64,000 nt of DNA from Xanthobacteraceae bacterium (GCA_035556495.1 DATMEW010000123.1:11137-75136); one strand, 5' to 3'. Positions 41,657 through 49,705 are shown, counted from the stretch's first letter. Notes: a model not told the origin generated them from the sequence alone. A program made the numbers and translations.

Positions 41657-41683
41657 TAAGGCGGTTTGTCACGAAACGGGAAA

Positions 41684-41707
41684 GCCCGCGCCGGTCGCGG
41701 GCTTTTT
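41684..41707. terminator. Intrinsic terminator between convergent metE-like and nadK genes
   Basis: GCCCGCG-N5-CGCGGGC followed by TTTTT. Confidence 0.6.
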
Positions 41708-41834
41708 CAATTGGCGGACTTGCTCATCGCAAGACTTGCTCACCGATGAAGAAGCATCCGCGGATGGGGCGGTCCGTGGAGCAGCGCTGTCCGTGGTCTC
41801 CGTTGGCCTGCTCAGCCGGCGGCAGCAGAGGCTC

Positions 41835-42617
41835 TCAGTAAACGAACTGCTCGCGCAGGATGCGTTCGTCCAGGCTGTGGTCGGGATCGAACAGCAGCGG
41901 CATGCCGATGGTGCGGTCCATCCTGATATCCACGGCCTGGACATGACGGACCTCGTCATGGTCGGCCACCGCGGCGACGGGTCGCTTTTCGGAATCCAGT
42001 ACCTCTACGCGCACGGCCGCGCTGTCCGGCAGCAGGGCGCCGCGCCAGCGGCGGGGCCGGAAAGGGCTGATCGGCGTGACCGCCAGCAAGGAGGCGTTGA
42101 TCGGGATGATCGGCCCCTGCGCGGACAGGTTATAGGCGGTCGACCCCGCCGGGGTCGCCACGAGAACGCCATCGGCGGCAAGCTCCGGCAGCCGCTCCTG
42201 ACCATCGACGAGAATGCGGAGCCGGGCGGCCTGATAGGTCTGCCGGAACAGGGAGACCTCGTTGAAAGCATGAAACTCCTGCATCGCGCCGTCCCGTCCC
42301 ACGGCGCGCATGAGCAGCGGATGGATCGTGGTGGTGTGGGCCTGCGTCAGCCGGGCATGCAGATCGTCCTCGGCATATTCGTTCATGAGGAAACCGACGG
42401 TGCCGCGATGCATCCCATAGATCGGCCGCCGCATGGTCATGAAGCGGTGCAGGGTCTGAAGCATGAAGCCGTCGCCGCCGAGCGCCACGATCACGTCGGC
42501 CTCGTCCGGATTCGCGCTGCCGTAGCGCGCCACGAGCCGTTGGCGGGCTTCCTCCGCTTCCGCGCTGGGGCTGGCCATGAAGGCAATGCGCTCGTAGCTT
42601 GGGATTTCGGATGTCAT
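41835..42617 (-). CDS. nadK: NAD kinase
   Basis: [13 protein letters not shown] (GGDG) and NEVSL...[18 protein letters not shown] motifs; ATG at 42617. Confidence 0.9.
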   Translation of the reverse strand: MTSEIPSYERIAFMASPSAEAEEARQRLVARYGSANPDEADVIVALGGDGFMLQTLHRFMTMRRPIYGMHRGTVGFLMNEYAEDDLHARLTQAHTTTIHPLLMRAVGRDGAMQEFHAFNEVSLFRQTYQAARLRILVDGQERLPELAADGVLVATPAGSTAYNLSAQGPIIPINASLLAVTPISPFRPRRWRGALLPDSAAVRVEVLDSEKRPVAAVADHDEVRHVQAVDIRMDRTIGMPLLFDPDHSLDERILREQFVY

Positions 42618-42667
42618 GGGAACGGCTCGCAGGGGCGCGTCGGGCGTCCGGCTGCCTTGGGGAACAG

Positions 42668-42988
42668 ATGGATCGCGCAATCCTCGTCTATACGACCTAT
42701 CCCGCCCTTGTCGAGGCAGAGCAGGCCGGCCGGGCGCTGGTGGAGCGGGGTCTTGCCGCCTGCGCCAACATCCTGCCGGGCATGGTGTCGATTTACGGCT
42801 GGCAGGGCCAAATAGAACGCAGCGAGGAAGTGGTGATGCTCGTCAAGACGCGGGCGGGGCTAGAAGGTGAGGTCTGCGCGGCCGTGAAGGAGATGCATTC
42901 CTACGATACGCCGGCTGTGCTCGTTCTGCCGGTGGGGCATGTCGATCCGGATTATCATGCCTGGATCGTCGCCCAGACCAAGCGCTAA
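42668..42988 (+). CDS. cutA: Divalent-cation tolerance protein CutA
   Basis: [33 protein letters not shown]...[13 protein letters not shown]. Confidence 0.88.
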   Translation: MDRAILVYTTYPALVEAEQAGRALVERGLAACANILPGMVSIYGWQGQIERSEEVVMLVKTRAGLEGEVCAAVKEMHSYDTPAVLVLPVGHVDPDYHAWIVAQTKR

Positions 42989-43015
42989 GGAGCCACGCCG
43001 GCTTTTCCAAACGGG

Positions 43016-43090
43016 TGGTGCCGGATGAGGGGATTGAACCCCCGACCTTCGGTTTACAAAACCGCTGCTCTACCGCTGAGCTAATCCGGC
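43016..43090 (-). tRNA. tRNA-Thr (anticodon TGT), encoded CCA
   Basis: Hand-folded: GCCGGAT acceptor, GCTC/GAGC D-stem, anticodon loop TTTGTAA, T-arm GGGGG-TTCAATC-CCCTC. Confidence 0.9.
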
Positions 43091-43253
43091 AATAGGGCCG
43101 TTTTTATTGGTATTTCAGCGTGTTGCAAGGGAAATAACGGTCCGCCGGACGCGCACATACCGCGAACATTGCGGTCAAGCGCCGACACAAAAAGGGGCAC
43201 AGTATGTTCTTGGAATGTTCTTGGGTAAAGAGAGCCTGCAATATGGAGGTCTC

Positions 43254-43523
43254 ATGCTGTCTCGCACCCAATTCCCCAGCCCGTGGTCCGTGACCGAACA
43301 CGAGGAAAGCTTCGACGTTTGTGACGGCTCCGGCCGCTCGCTTTTCTACGTCTACTTTGACGACGATGCCGTCCGGGCAAGCGTTCGGAATCGGATGACA
43401 AAGAAGCAGGCGAGAACGCTCGTGGACGCACTGGTGACGCTGGCCCCGCCAGACCGACGGATCAAGTCCAGCGTCCCCGATCAGCGGTTGCCTATCGCAC
43501 GATTGCCGGCAGGCGAGCCCTAG
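43254..43523 (+). CDS. Hypothetical small protein (host or prophage-end cargo)
   Basis: GGAGG 5 nt upstream of the ATG. The pattern PWSVTEHEESFDVCDGSGRSLFYVYFDDD...KKQARTLVDAL recurs in Rhizobiales hypothetical proteins. Confidence 0.4.
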   Translation: MLSRTQFPSPWSVTEHEESFDVCDGSGRSLFYVYFDDDAVRASVRNRMTKKQARTLVDALVTLAPPDRRIKSSVPDQRLPIARLPAGEP

Positions 43524-43915
43524 CGCAGGAATTCGCGCAGCCAAATCTTGATATGGCCCAGGTTGGTGACGCCGAGCCATATGAGGTTGATGGCTCCAGT
43601 AACGACGGCGGTGACGAAGACCATTCCGAGTGCGACCTGTGCTCGGAAGCCCTTCATTTCATCGACATCGGGCTTCATGATCGCGACGCTGGCGGTGACA
43701 CTGGTGACGTCCCGCTTCATTTCCGCCAAGTTCGAGCGGACTTCCTCAAGGGCCTCGTACTGCTCTTTCCGGTTTTCGGAGGCGCGCCCCTGCTCCTTGA
43801 GGATGAGCTGGTTTTGCCCCTCGATCCGGCCGAGCGCCTGGGCGAGATCCAGCAACAGACCCGTGGGTTCGACATTCGGCGGCCGGTCGCCGTCATTGGT
43901 GCCGTTCACAGGCAT
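43520..43915 (-). CDS. Coiled-coil protein with C-terminal TM segment (DUF1515-like; possible spanin/lysis accessory)
   Basis: Heptad-like region LILKEQGRASENRKEQYEALEEVRSNLAEMKRDV plus TM segment VALGMVFVTAVVTGAINLIWLGV; last gene of the lysis cassette. Confidence 0.45.
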   Translation of the reverse strand: MPVNGTNDGDRPPNVEPTGLLLDLAQALGRIEGQNQLILKEQGRASENRKEQYEALEEVRSNLAEMKRDVTSVTASVAIMKPDVDEMKGFRAQVALGMVFVTAVVTGAINLIWLGVTNLGHIKIWLREFLR

Positions 43916-44121
43916 CCCCGGCGCTCAAGAAATCGGTTGTGCTCCATGATCTGGCGAATGGTTTCTGGCGTGTCGGAACGGGACGGGCGGATTGGTTCCT
44001 GACCCGCGCACACCGCGCTAGTCCCTGAACCACTTGTCGTCTGACACCCTGCCAGCAGCAACATCCCGACGAGCATCATCGCGGGCCTTCCGGCCCTTGT
44101 CAGCGGACTTGGTCTCAGCAT
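43906..44121 (-). CDS. Small lipoprotein, outer-membrane spanin (Rz1-like) candidate
   Basis: Lipobox MLLLAGC. The gene overlaps the 3' end of the upstream gene in another frame. Confidence 0.5.
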   Translation of the reverse strand: MLRPSPLTRAGRPAMMLVGMLLLAGCQTTSGSGTSAVCAGQEPIRPSRSDTPETIRQIMEHNRFLERRGCL

Positions 44122-44311
44122 CGTCCCATTTCCTTTGCGTCCGGCGGGAGCCGTCCCGGTTGCCCTTGTGATAGACGGAGAGGGCCGCAGCGGCCGTCAG
44201 GGCGGCGGCTAGGGCGTATTTGCGGAGGGGCGGGAAGAACCACGCCAGCGCGCCAGCAGACGCCATCACGGCCCCGCCAAGGCCGTACCAGGTCCAGATG
44301 GAATCCCACAT
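44018..44311 (-). CDS. Holin-like protein (two TM segments, highly charged C-terminus)
   Basis: GLGGAVMASAGALAWFF and YALAAALTAAAALSVY hydrophobic segments, then a K/R/D-rich tail; directly downstream of the endolysin gene. Confidence 0.5.
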   Translation of the reverse strand: MWDSIWTWYGLGGAVMASAGALAWFFPPLRKYALAAALTAAAALSVYHKGNRDGSRRTQRKWDDAETKSADKGRKARDDARRDVAAGRVSDDKWFRD

Positions 44312-44314
44312 GGC

Positions 44315-45196
44315 TCAAGCCATATCGGGAATGGCGACAGGCGCCGGCTGTCGGTCCTGCCGGGCTTGCCACCAGCGACGGCCGGCCTTGACCAGCAGGT
44401 AGCCGCCATAGCCGAGGCCAGCCACAATGGCCGCGCCGAGGGCGATCCGGACAGCCCAATCGGGAAGGGCGGCAAGGTCGGACAGGCGGGCGGTCACGGT
44501 GTCGAAATTGGCCCACGCCAGACTGCCGAGACCGGACAGGCTCGTGCCGGACTTGGCTTCCTCGACGGCAACCTTGCCTTCGGGGGTCTTGCTGATCTTG
44601 GTATCGGCTTCCGTCGCCTTGGCAGCGCCCGCGCCGGCCGTGGCCTTGCCGGGGACGGACCCCATGGCCCACGCCTGTCCGCCAGTCCGGACCTCCCGGA
44701 CCCGATTGGTCCAGCCCTTGCCAAACGTGCCCCACGTCTTGAGGTCACGGAGGAAGGCCATCCGCTGGTCGCAAATACTCCCGATCAGCGCGTCATGGTC
44801 CGGGTGCTGGTCTACGCCATCGAGAGTCTTCGCCCCAACCAGCCCGTCAATCAGCCCGGAATATAGGCCATCTGCCCGGAGCGCCCGTTGCAGCCAGCGG
44901 ACGGACTGCGCCACGCCCGAGTTCACCGCCCCGTCGAACACGACATAATCGACGCCGAGCGGCAGCCGGTCCCCGGCGATCTTGTCCCAATATTGAGTCT
45001 TGTAGATCGCGTCCCGCTCCTGAGAGGTGAGGTTCCGGACGGACTGTGTGGGCAGACCACGCTGCCGGCGATAGGCGTCATAGGTGGTCTGAATGATGCC
45101 TTGATTGGTCGCCCCGCCGGGGTCTTTCGGATGGTGAACGAAGCCGCCTTCATGCCGGAGCACGCGCGAGAGCGCGGCAGAATAGTTCTGCTTCAT
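44315..45196 (-). CDS. Endolysin: glycoside hydrolase family 108 + PG_binding_3 domain with an extra C-terminal TM segment
   Basis: RHEGGFVHHPKDPGGATNQGI (GH108), YWDKIAGDRLPLGVDYVVFDGAVNSG (PG-binding), C-terminal IALGAAIVAGLGYGGYLLV. Confidence 0.88.
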   Translation of the reverse strand: MKQNYSAALSRVLRHEGGFVHHPKDPGGATNQGIIQTTYDAYRRQRGLPTQSVRNLTSQERDAIYKTQYWDKIAGDRLPLGVDYVVFDGAVNSGVAQSVRWLQRALRADGLYSGLIDGLVGAKTLDGVDQHPDHDALIGSICDQRMAFLRDLKTWGTFGKGWTNRVREVRTGGQAWAMGSVPGKATAGAGAAKATEADTKISKTPEGKVAVEEAKSGTSLSGLGSLAWANFDTVTARLSDLAALPDWAVRIALGAAIVAGLGYGGYLLVKAGRRWWQARQDRQPAPVAIPDMA

Positions 45197-45211
45197 GGCT
45201 TCCTTTCGGGC

Positions 45212-45239
45212 AAAGAAAAAGCCGCCCGGAGGGGCGGCT
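45212..45239 (-). terminator. Strong intrinsic terminator after the low-G+C moron gene
   Basis: Minus-strand AGCCGCCC-CTCC-GGGCGGCT followed by TTTTTCTTTG. Confidence 0.7.
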
Positions 45240-45264
45240 GTTAGCTTAGATATCGGGAGACAAA

Positions 45265-46038
45265 TCAGGCCAGAATTTCTTGGCTAATCTTCCACGCCAT
45301 TCTCTCGTAAAAAGGCATATCGTAATGCAATGACGCCTCACCCCATGGGGCGTCAGGACTCGTCCACGTCACATCACCAAAGGCACAGATGTGCGAACTG
45401 CTAATCTCGGACTTATAACGCTTGAGCGCTCTCTGGTAATGATCCCTGTAGAAGCCCGAGTATACTTCGGCGCCCAAATACGCCTTCGCATCCTGCATAG
45501 TCCCGCCACGTACCGAAATTGCAGTAGGCGGACAGTCCAAAAGGATAACCTTCGCATGAGGCTGATGGCTGGCGATGATGCCAGACAGACTCTTAAGCCC
45601 ACGGCCGAACGCCCTCGAATATAGCCTGTCACCAGGTTGGATCCGTTTAAACCGCTTCTCCAGAAGCCTTCGAAGGTCTGGCTTATCGTGGAGTTCCACG
45701 CCAATCGAGAGAAGCTTCCCATCCAACATAATCAGGGACGGATAACTGTCTCGCCAGAAGTCGATGATTATAGCATCGAAGTCAGTGTTAGTTAATGTTT
45801 GCGTGAAGCGCCCAGATGCCTCGTATCTCATGCGCTTCAACACGTCGTCGTGTTCTTCGACGGCGCTATAAGCATCTCCGAGCGCGGAAGCAAGATCAGA
45901 CCCATTAAACTGGGAAAGGGGGTCAAACATCGCGGTAGGAATGCGATAAATTTGTCCTGCCTGGGTGGCTCCAGGTAACTTGAGCGTCACATGTTGAGCA
46001 TTGCACCCGCCGATGAATAACGCTGTCTTCAACATCAT
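45265..46038 (-). CDS. Hypothetical protein, low-G+C moron (alpha/beta fold suspected, DUF6270/SGNH-like at best)
   Basis: Clean 257-aa ORF of non-shadow composition, bracketed by an AT-rich leader and a terminator; motifs LFIGGCN, AIIIDFWRD, KVILLDCPP. Confidence 0.6.
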   Translation of the reverse strand: MMLKTALFIGGCNAQHVTLKLPGATQAGQIYRIPTAMFDPLSQFNGSDLASALGDAYSAVEEHDDVLKRMRYEASGRFTQTLTNTDFDAIIIDFWRDSYPSLIMLDGKLLSIGVELHDKPDLRRLLEKRFKRIQPGDRLYSRAFGRGLKSLSGIIASHQPHAKVILLDCPPTAISVRGGTMQDAKAYLGAEVYSGFYRDHYQRALKRYKSEISSSHICAFGDVTWTSPDAPWGEASLHYDMPFYERMAWKISQEILA

Positions 46039-46313
46039 CCCCCCCCCCGCGCAACGTTAGACGAAGCTCATCAACTATCGCAATGGAAAATTGTCGCATA
46101 TAACTATTAATTATACTGTATAACTACGCTTCCCTATCGATCCGCTTTAAACACACGTCTTGCTAACTCTTTTTATTCATTCCTATCAGGTCGTCCTGCC
46201 CATGTTTGCGCGCATCATATGCTGATAGCTCAGTATTGGCATCCGGGGACAAAGGGTCAGTATCTTTCTTGGAGAATGTCGCCGGCTTCTGGACCCGAAC
46301 GAAGACCATTTTA

Positions 46314-48239
46314 TCACTCGATTTCATAGGTTATGTCCATATACGCAAGTTGGTCGTCACCACTAAACGGATACGACGTATCATCGCGGGTGATGTACGC
46401 TTTGTTATCGCCACCAACAAGCAGCGCACGCAAAGAAGCGCCAGTTACTCTTACCTCAATGCCGTTTCGAGAGAAGGTGCCGTTTTTTGGGGTGAACGGA
46501 AGCGTTGCCATCAGATAACCGGAGGCTGTTCCGACTGACGCGCTGTCGATCTCGAGATGAACAGTGACCCATTTGCCGATTTTCTTATATCGCGCAGCGG
46601 CGACGGTCAGGGTGCCCGGCGTGCCGCTCCCGACACTCAACGTTGGAGTCCACGTCCTCGTCCACTCAGAGGACTCGAAAACGGTGAGCTGTCCTCCGGA
46701 ACTGTCGAGGATGTCGGCCGTACAGCCTTCAAATTCTGGGTCGAATACTTGGATGTCCTGTGCACCGCTTGCGACGCGTAGACCGAATTCAGGGGCGACG
46801 CCCGGCCCTTTGCGAACTCGCAAAGTCATAATCCGTGCATGGGAATAATCCTCAAGGACATCCACGCCGCCAGAGCCGTCGTTGTTCTCGTTGAGGCTTA
46901 TCGCGTCTCGGAGGTTCACTTCCCACGAGCCGGCGCCAGCATTGCTCCGGAGAATAACAGGCCGTTCCGTTCCGTTCGTCCCGTCGATATTAAGTTTTGA
47001 TAGGGCGATCTGGTCGATGCCTAGATCCGCTCCGATCTTGCAGTCGTTTACAAACCGGAAGTCGAAGGACAATGCGCCAGCGACACCGTTGTAATCCTCC
47101 GGCTGCGTGATCTTCAGCCCGGTTCCGAGAGGACAGCTGTCTAGATACACGCCGTCCATATAGATGGCCGTGATCTGGTGGTCCTGGGCTTCACCATCGA
47201 ACGCTTTAGCAGGATCAATCAGAATGATTTCATCTCGGCACATGCCGAAATGGCCGCCTGATTCCCACCAAATGCCGTCAGCGCATGTGATCCAGATATT
47301 CTTGGATAAACGCCCGTTGATCTGTTGCCCTCGCCACTCGGAAAGACCGAAGTGGATTTCGGAGGGGATAATCCCTCCGAGAGTACCGCCTGCCCGGAAT
47401 GGAGATTTCTCGATTTTCAGTAAGTACGAGTTGGCGCGGTATTCAGCGAACGCCGCGTCCGAAGCCATCTGGAACTGTGTGAACTCGTGACCGCCACCGC
47501 CGATAAGCGTCATACAGGCGTAATGGGCGTACAGGCCGACGTTATGAACTTTGGCAGCGAAGACATCATGGAGAACGAGTGCGCGCCCTGTGTTTGTGTC
47601 CGCTGTCGCGTAGATGTTGAAATCGCGGAGGTCGATTGCACCAACGTTGTGCTGGTTTTCCTCCGGTGAGAAATTCAGAAAGTCTCCTTGATCGTTGCTG
47701 TCGATCAAGAAATATGTCGTACCCGTTCCTCTGATCTGAGTGTGGTCTTGACGAAACACAGGAAATGCTCCGGGGGACGCAACCCGAATACTCCCCGGCA
47801 AATCAAATACCAGCGACTTTTTGCCAAGCAGAGCTGCCTTAGCGCACATATTCGAGATGCGCAGCTGATTATCAGTGATACTGTCGTCAACAACGTCATA
47901 GTCGCTGGCGCGAATTTCGTCGGACCATCGCTGTTCATTTGAGCGGCGGACTGTCCCATCATTAACCGCGAACTTTCCCAGCGCGGCCACATCCTTGAGC
48001 GCAATGGAAGTGCTCTCGTCGCTCGGCGTGACGTTGGCGGCGCCGACCACGTTATCAACCGTGTCCCACGCAGTTTCGTAGTCAGAACTTGTCTGCTTGC
48101 GGAGAATGGTGCCCGCTGCGCCGCCAGTGGCGACGCCAGCGCCTGTAGCGCCGGCCGGGCCATCAGCGCCGACTGGCCCACGCAGGAAATAGGACAAGCT
48201 GATAGCTGCCCCGCCCGAGGGCTGGCTGAATCGAAGCAT
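46314..48239 (-). CDS. Tailspike / receptor-binding depolymerase (pectate-lyase-type beta-helix)
   Basis: N-terminal collagen-like GPVGADGPAGATGAG. IRASDYDVVDDSITDNQLRISNMCAKAALLGKKSLVFDLPGS resembles the Pectate_lyase_3 N-terminus. Long beta-rich body. Confidence 0.7.
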   Translation of the reverse strand: MLRFSQPSGGAAISLSYFLRGPVGADGPAGATGAGVATGGAAGTILRKQTSSDYETAWDTVDNVVGAANVTPSDESTSIALKDVAALGKFAVNDGTVRRSNEQRWSDEIRASDYDVVDDSITDNQLRISNMCAKAALLGKKSLVFDLPGSIRVASPGAFPVFRQDHTQIRGTGTTYFLIDSNDQGDFLNFSPEENQHNVGAIDLRDFNIYATADTNTGRALVLHDVFAAKVHNVGLYAHYACMTLIGGGGHEFTQFQMASDAAFAEYRANSYLLKIEKSPFRAGGTLGGIIPSEIHFGLSEWRGQQINGRLSKNIWITCADGIWWESGGHFGMCRDEIILIDPAKAFDGEAQDHQITAIYMDGVYLDSCPLGTGLKITQPEDYNGVAGALSFDFRFVNDCKIGADLGIDQIALSKLNIDGTNGTERPVILRSNAGAGSWEVNLRDAISLNENNDGSGGVDVLEDYSHARIMTLRVRKGPGVAPEFGLRVASGAQDIQVFDPEFEGCTADILDSSGGQLTVFESSEWTRTWTPTLSVGSGTPGTLTVAAARYKKIGKWVTVHLEIDSASVGTASGYLMATLPFTPKNGTFSRNGIEVRVTGASLRALLVGGDNKAYITRDDTSYPFSGDDQLAYMDITYEIE

Positions 48240-48254
48240 GGCGATGTCTCTGAG

Positions 48255-48638
48255 TTAGAAGGCGACCGGGTTCGGCCGGAAGGTCACGACGCCGTGCGCC
48301 CACGCGGTCACGACGCCGTTTGCGTCCTCTGAGGCGAGGTCGCAGACGTAATCGCCGCGCAGGTTGATGGGCGGATGGACCATGATATTCAGGACGCAGG
48401 GATTGCCGTCGTCATCGTCACCGATGGACAGGCTTCCATCGTCCGTGGAGAGGGTGAGGCTGGGACTGGTTGCACCGTCGCAGGCGCGGAAGGTCATCCG
48501 GAAGGAAAGGCCGGTGAGGTCTGTCGGCACACCCGCCGCGCTGAAATAGATGGCGGAGGACCACGTTGCATTCGCGGCAATCTCGCCGCTGACTTCCATC
48601 AGCGCGCCGCCGCTGCCATATCCGGAGCGGGCCAGCAT
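48255..48638 (-). CDS. Hypothetical phage protein (beta-rich, tail-associated by position)
   Basis: Position between the tail fibre and tailspike genes; its start overlaps the stop of the upstream gene. Confidence 0.45.
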   Translation of the reverse strand: MLARSGYGSGGALMEVSGEIAANATWSSAIYFSAAGVPTDLTGLSFRMTFRACDGATSPSLTLSTDDGSLSIGDDDDGNPCVLNIMVHPPINLRGDYVCDLASEDANGVVTAWAHGVVTFRPNPVAF

Positions 48639-49600
48639 CAGCGGTCACCCCACACGGCCACGGTGATATAGTCCGTGCCGCTATCGGAGACGCCGGTTCC
48701 GGGATTCTGAATCTCGAACCTGACAGTCGTGGTGGTCAGCGCCTTGACATAGATCGTGCGGGTGGAGGTCGCGGAAGATTGATATCCGAGAACAACCGGG
48801 AACACTACCGTGGACATTGCGTTCGTCAGCGTCAGCGTCAGGTCGCCGGTCGAGTTCTTGACCAACCCAGAAAAGCCGAATTGCTGCTCGATGGTATAGG
48901 TGCCGTTGGACGTATTCTTGATAAGCGCCCAAGCCTTCGGGACGGCGGGGTGGTGGATCATCATCGCCGGGGGAACGAACGTGTCGTTATCGGTCGCGGC
49001 CTCCATGATGGCTTGATCGGCCTTCTGGCCGGTTGTCATCACGTCCTGCCATTCGCCGTCCTCGTAGCCCTCGAAGCGGTCATTGTCCGTGTTGTATCGG
49101 AGCTTGCCATCATCGGGACTGCCGGGGCGCTGCGCCGTGGTGCCAGCGCCGATCTGGGTGCCGGCCGGTCCGACCAGCAGGCCGGTGACGTTGGCGACCT
49201 CTCCGGCCAGCCCGTTGACCTCGCCCTGAGAGGGCACGCCCAGATTGGTCCGGGCCGTCCCGGCGTCCGTGGCCCCGGTGCCGCCGAATGGAATGCCGAG
49301 GGCGCCCGCACCGAGGGGAATGCCGGGGTCAATGTCGTCGCCGCTGTAATCCGCCAAGGACGAGCCGTCCGCCTTTTTGGCGACGATCTTGTAGGAGGCT
49401 GGCGCGATATATCGCTTGGGACAGACGCCGGAAGTAGAAATCACGATGGGGTTCGCGGCCGGAACTGCCAAATCAGCGTCTGAGAACAGCGCGAGCGGCG
49501 TTGTCGTCTGGGCCGCGTAGATGTAGAGTTTCGCCCCAGCGAGCGGCAAGCCGTTTTCATCAACGACCGGCAAGAGCGAATTACGGATGAGCACTGCCAT
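48638..49600 (-). CDS. Tail fibre protein
   Basis: N-terminal DENGLPLAGAKLYIYAAQTTTPLALFSD and IPFGGTGATDAGTARTNLGV motifs, common in phage fibres. Confidence 0.6.
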   Translation of the reverse strand: MAVLIRNSLLPVVDENGLPLAGAKLYIYAAQTTTPLALFSDADLAVPAANPIVISTSGVCPKRYIAPASYKIVAKKADGSSLADYSGDDIDPGIPLGAGALGIPFGGTGATDAGTARTNLGVPSQGEVNGLAGEVANVTGLLVGPAGTQIGAGTTAQRPGSPDDGKLRYNTDNDRFEGYEDGEWQDVMTTGQKADQAIMEAATDNDTFVPPAMMIHHPAVPKAWALIKNTSNGTYTIEQQFGFSGLVKNSTGDLTLTLTNAMSTVVFPVVLGYQSSATSTRTIYVKALTTTTVRFEIQNPGTGVSDSGTDYITVAVWGDR

Positions 49601-49612
49601 TACGGGCGGACC

Positions 49613-49644
49613 TCAAAAGAAAAGGCCGCCGGGCTGGCGACCTT
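49613..49644 (-). terminator. Intrinsic terminator (minus-strand sense) between the opposite-strand cassette and the tail-fibre gene
   Basis: Minus-strand AAGGTCGCC-AGCCC-GGCGGCCTT (one mismatch) followed by TTCTTTTG. Confidence 0.5.
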
Positions 49645-49705
49645 GTTAGTTCTCGACTCTAGGTTGTGAGGTGCGGTACCCTCCCTGAATTGTGGGAGGG
49701 GCGCG

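Noticed and set aside
46206-46538. 110-aa plus-strand ORF in the AT-rich gap
   Set aside because: It starts in the moron promoter region and runs antisense into the tailspike 3' end. No RBS is visible, and I attribute it to chance openness in AT-richer DNA.
46314-49600. Diversity-generating retroelement acting on the tail fibre/tailspike
   Set aside because: There is no reverse-transcriptase ORF, and I noticed no template/variable repeat pair near the 3' ends of these genes.
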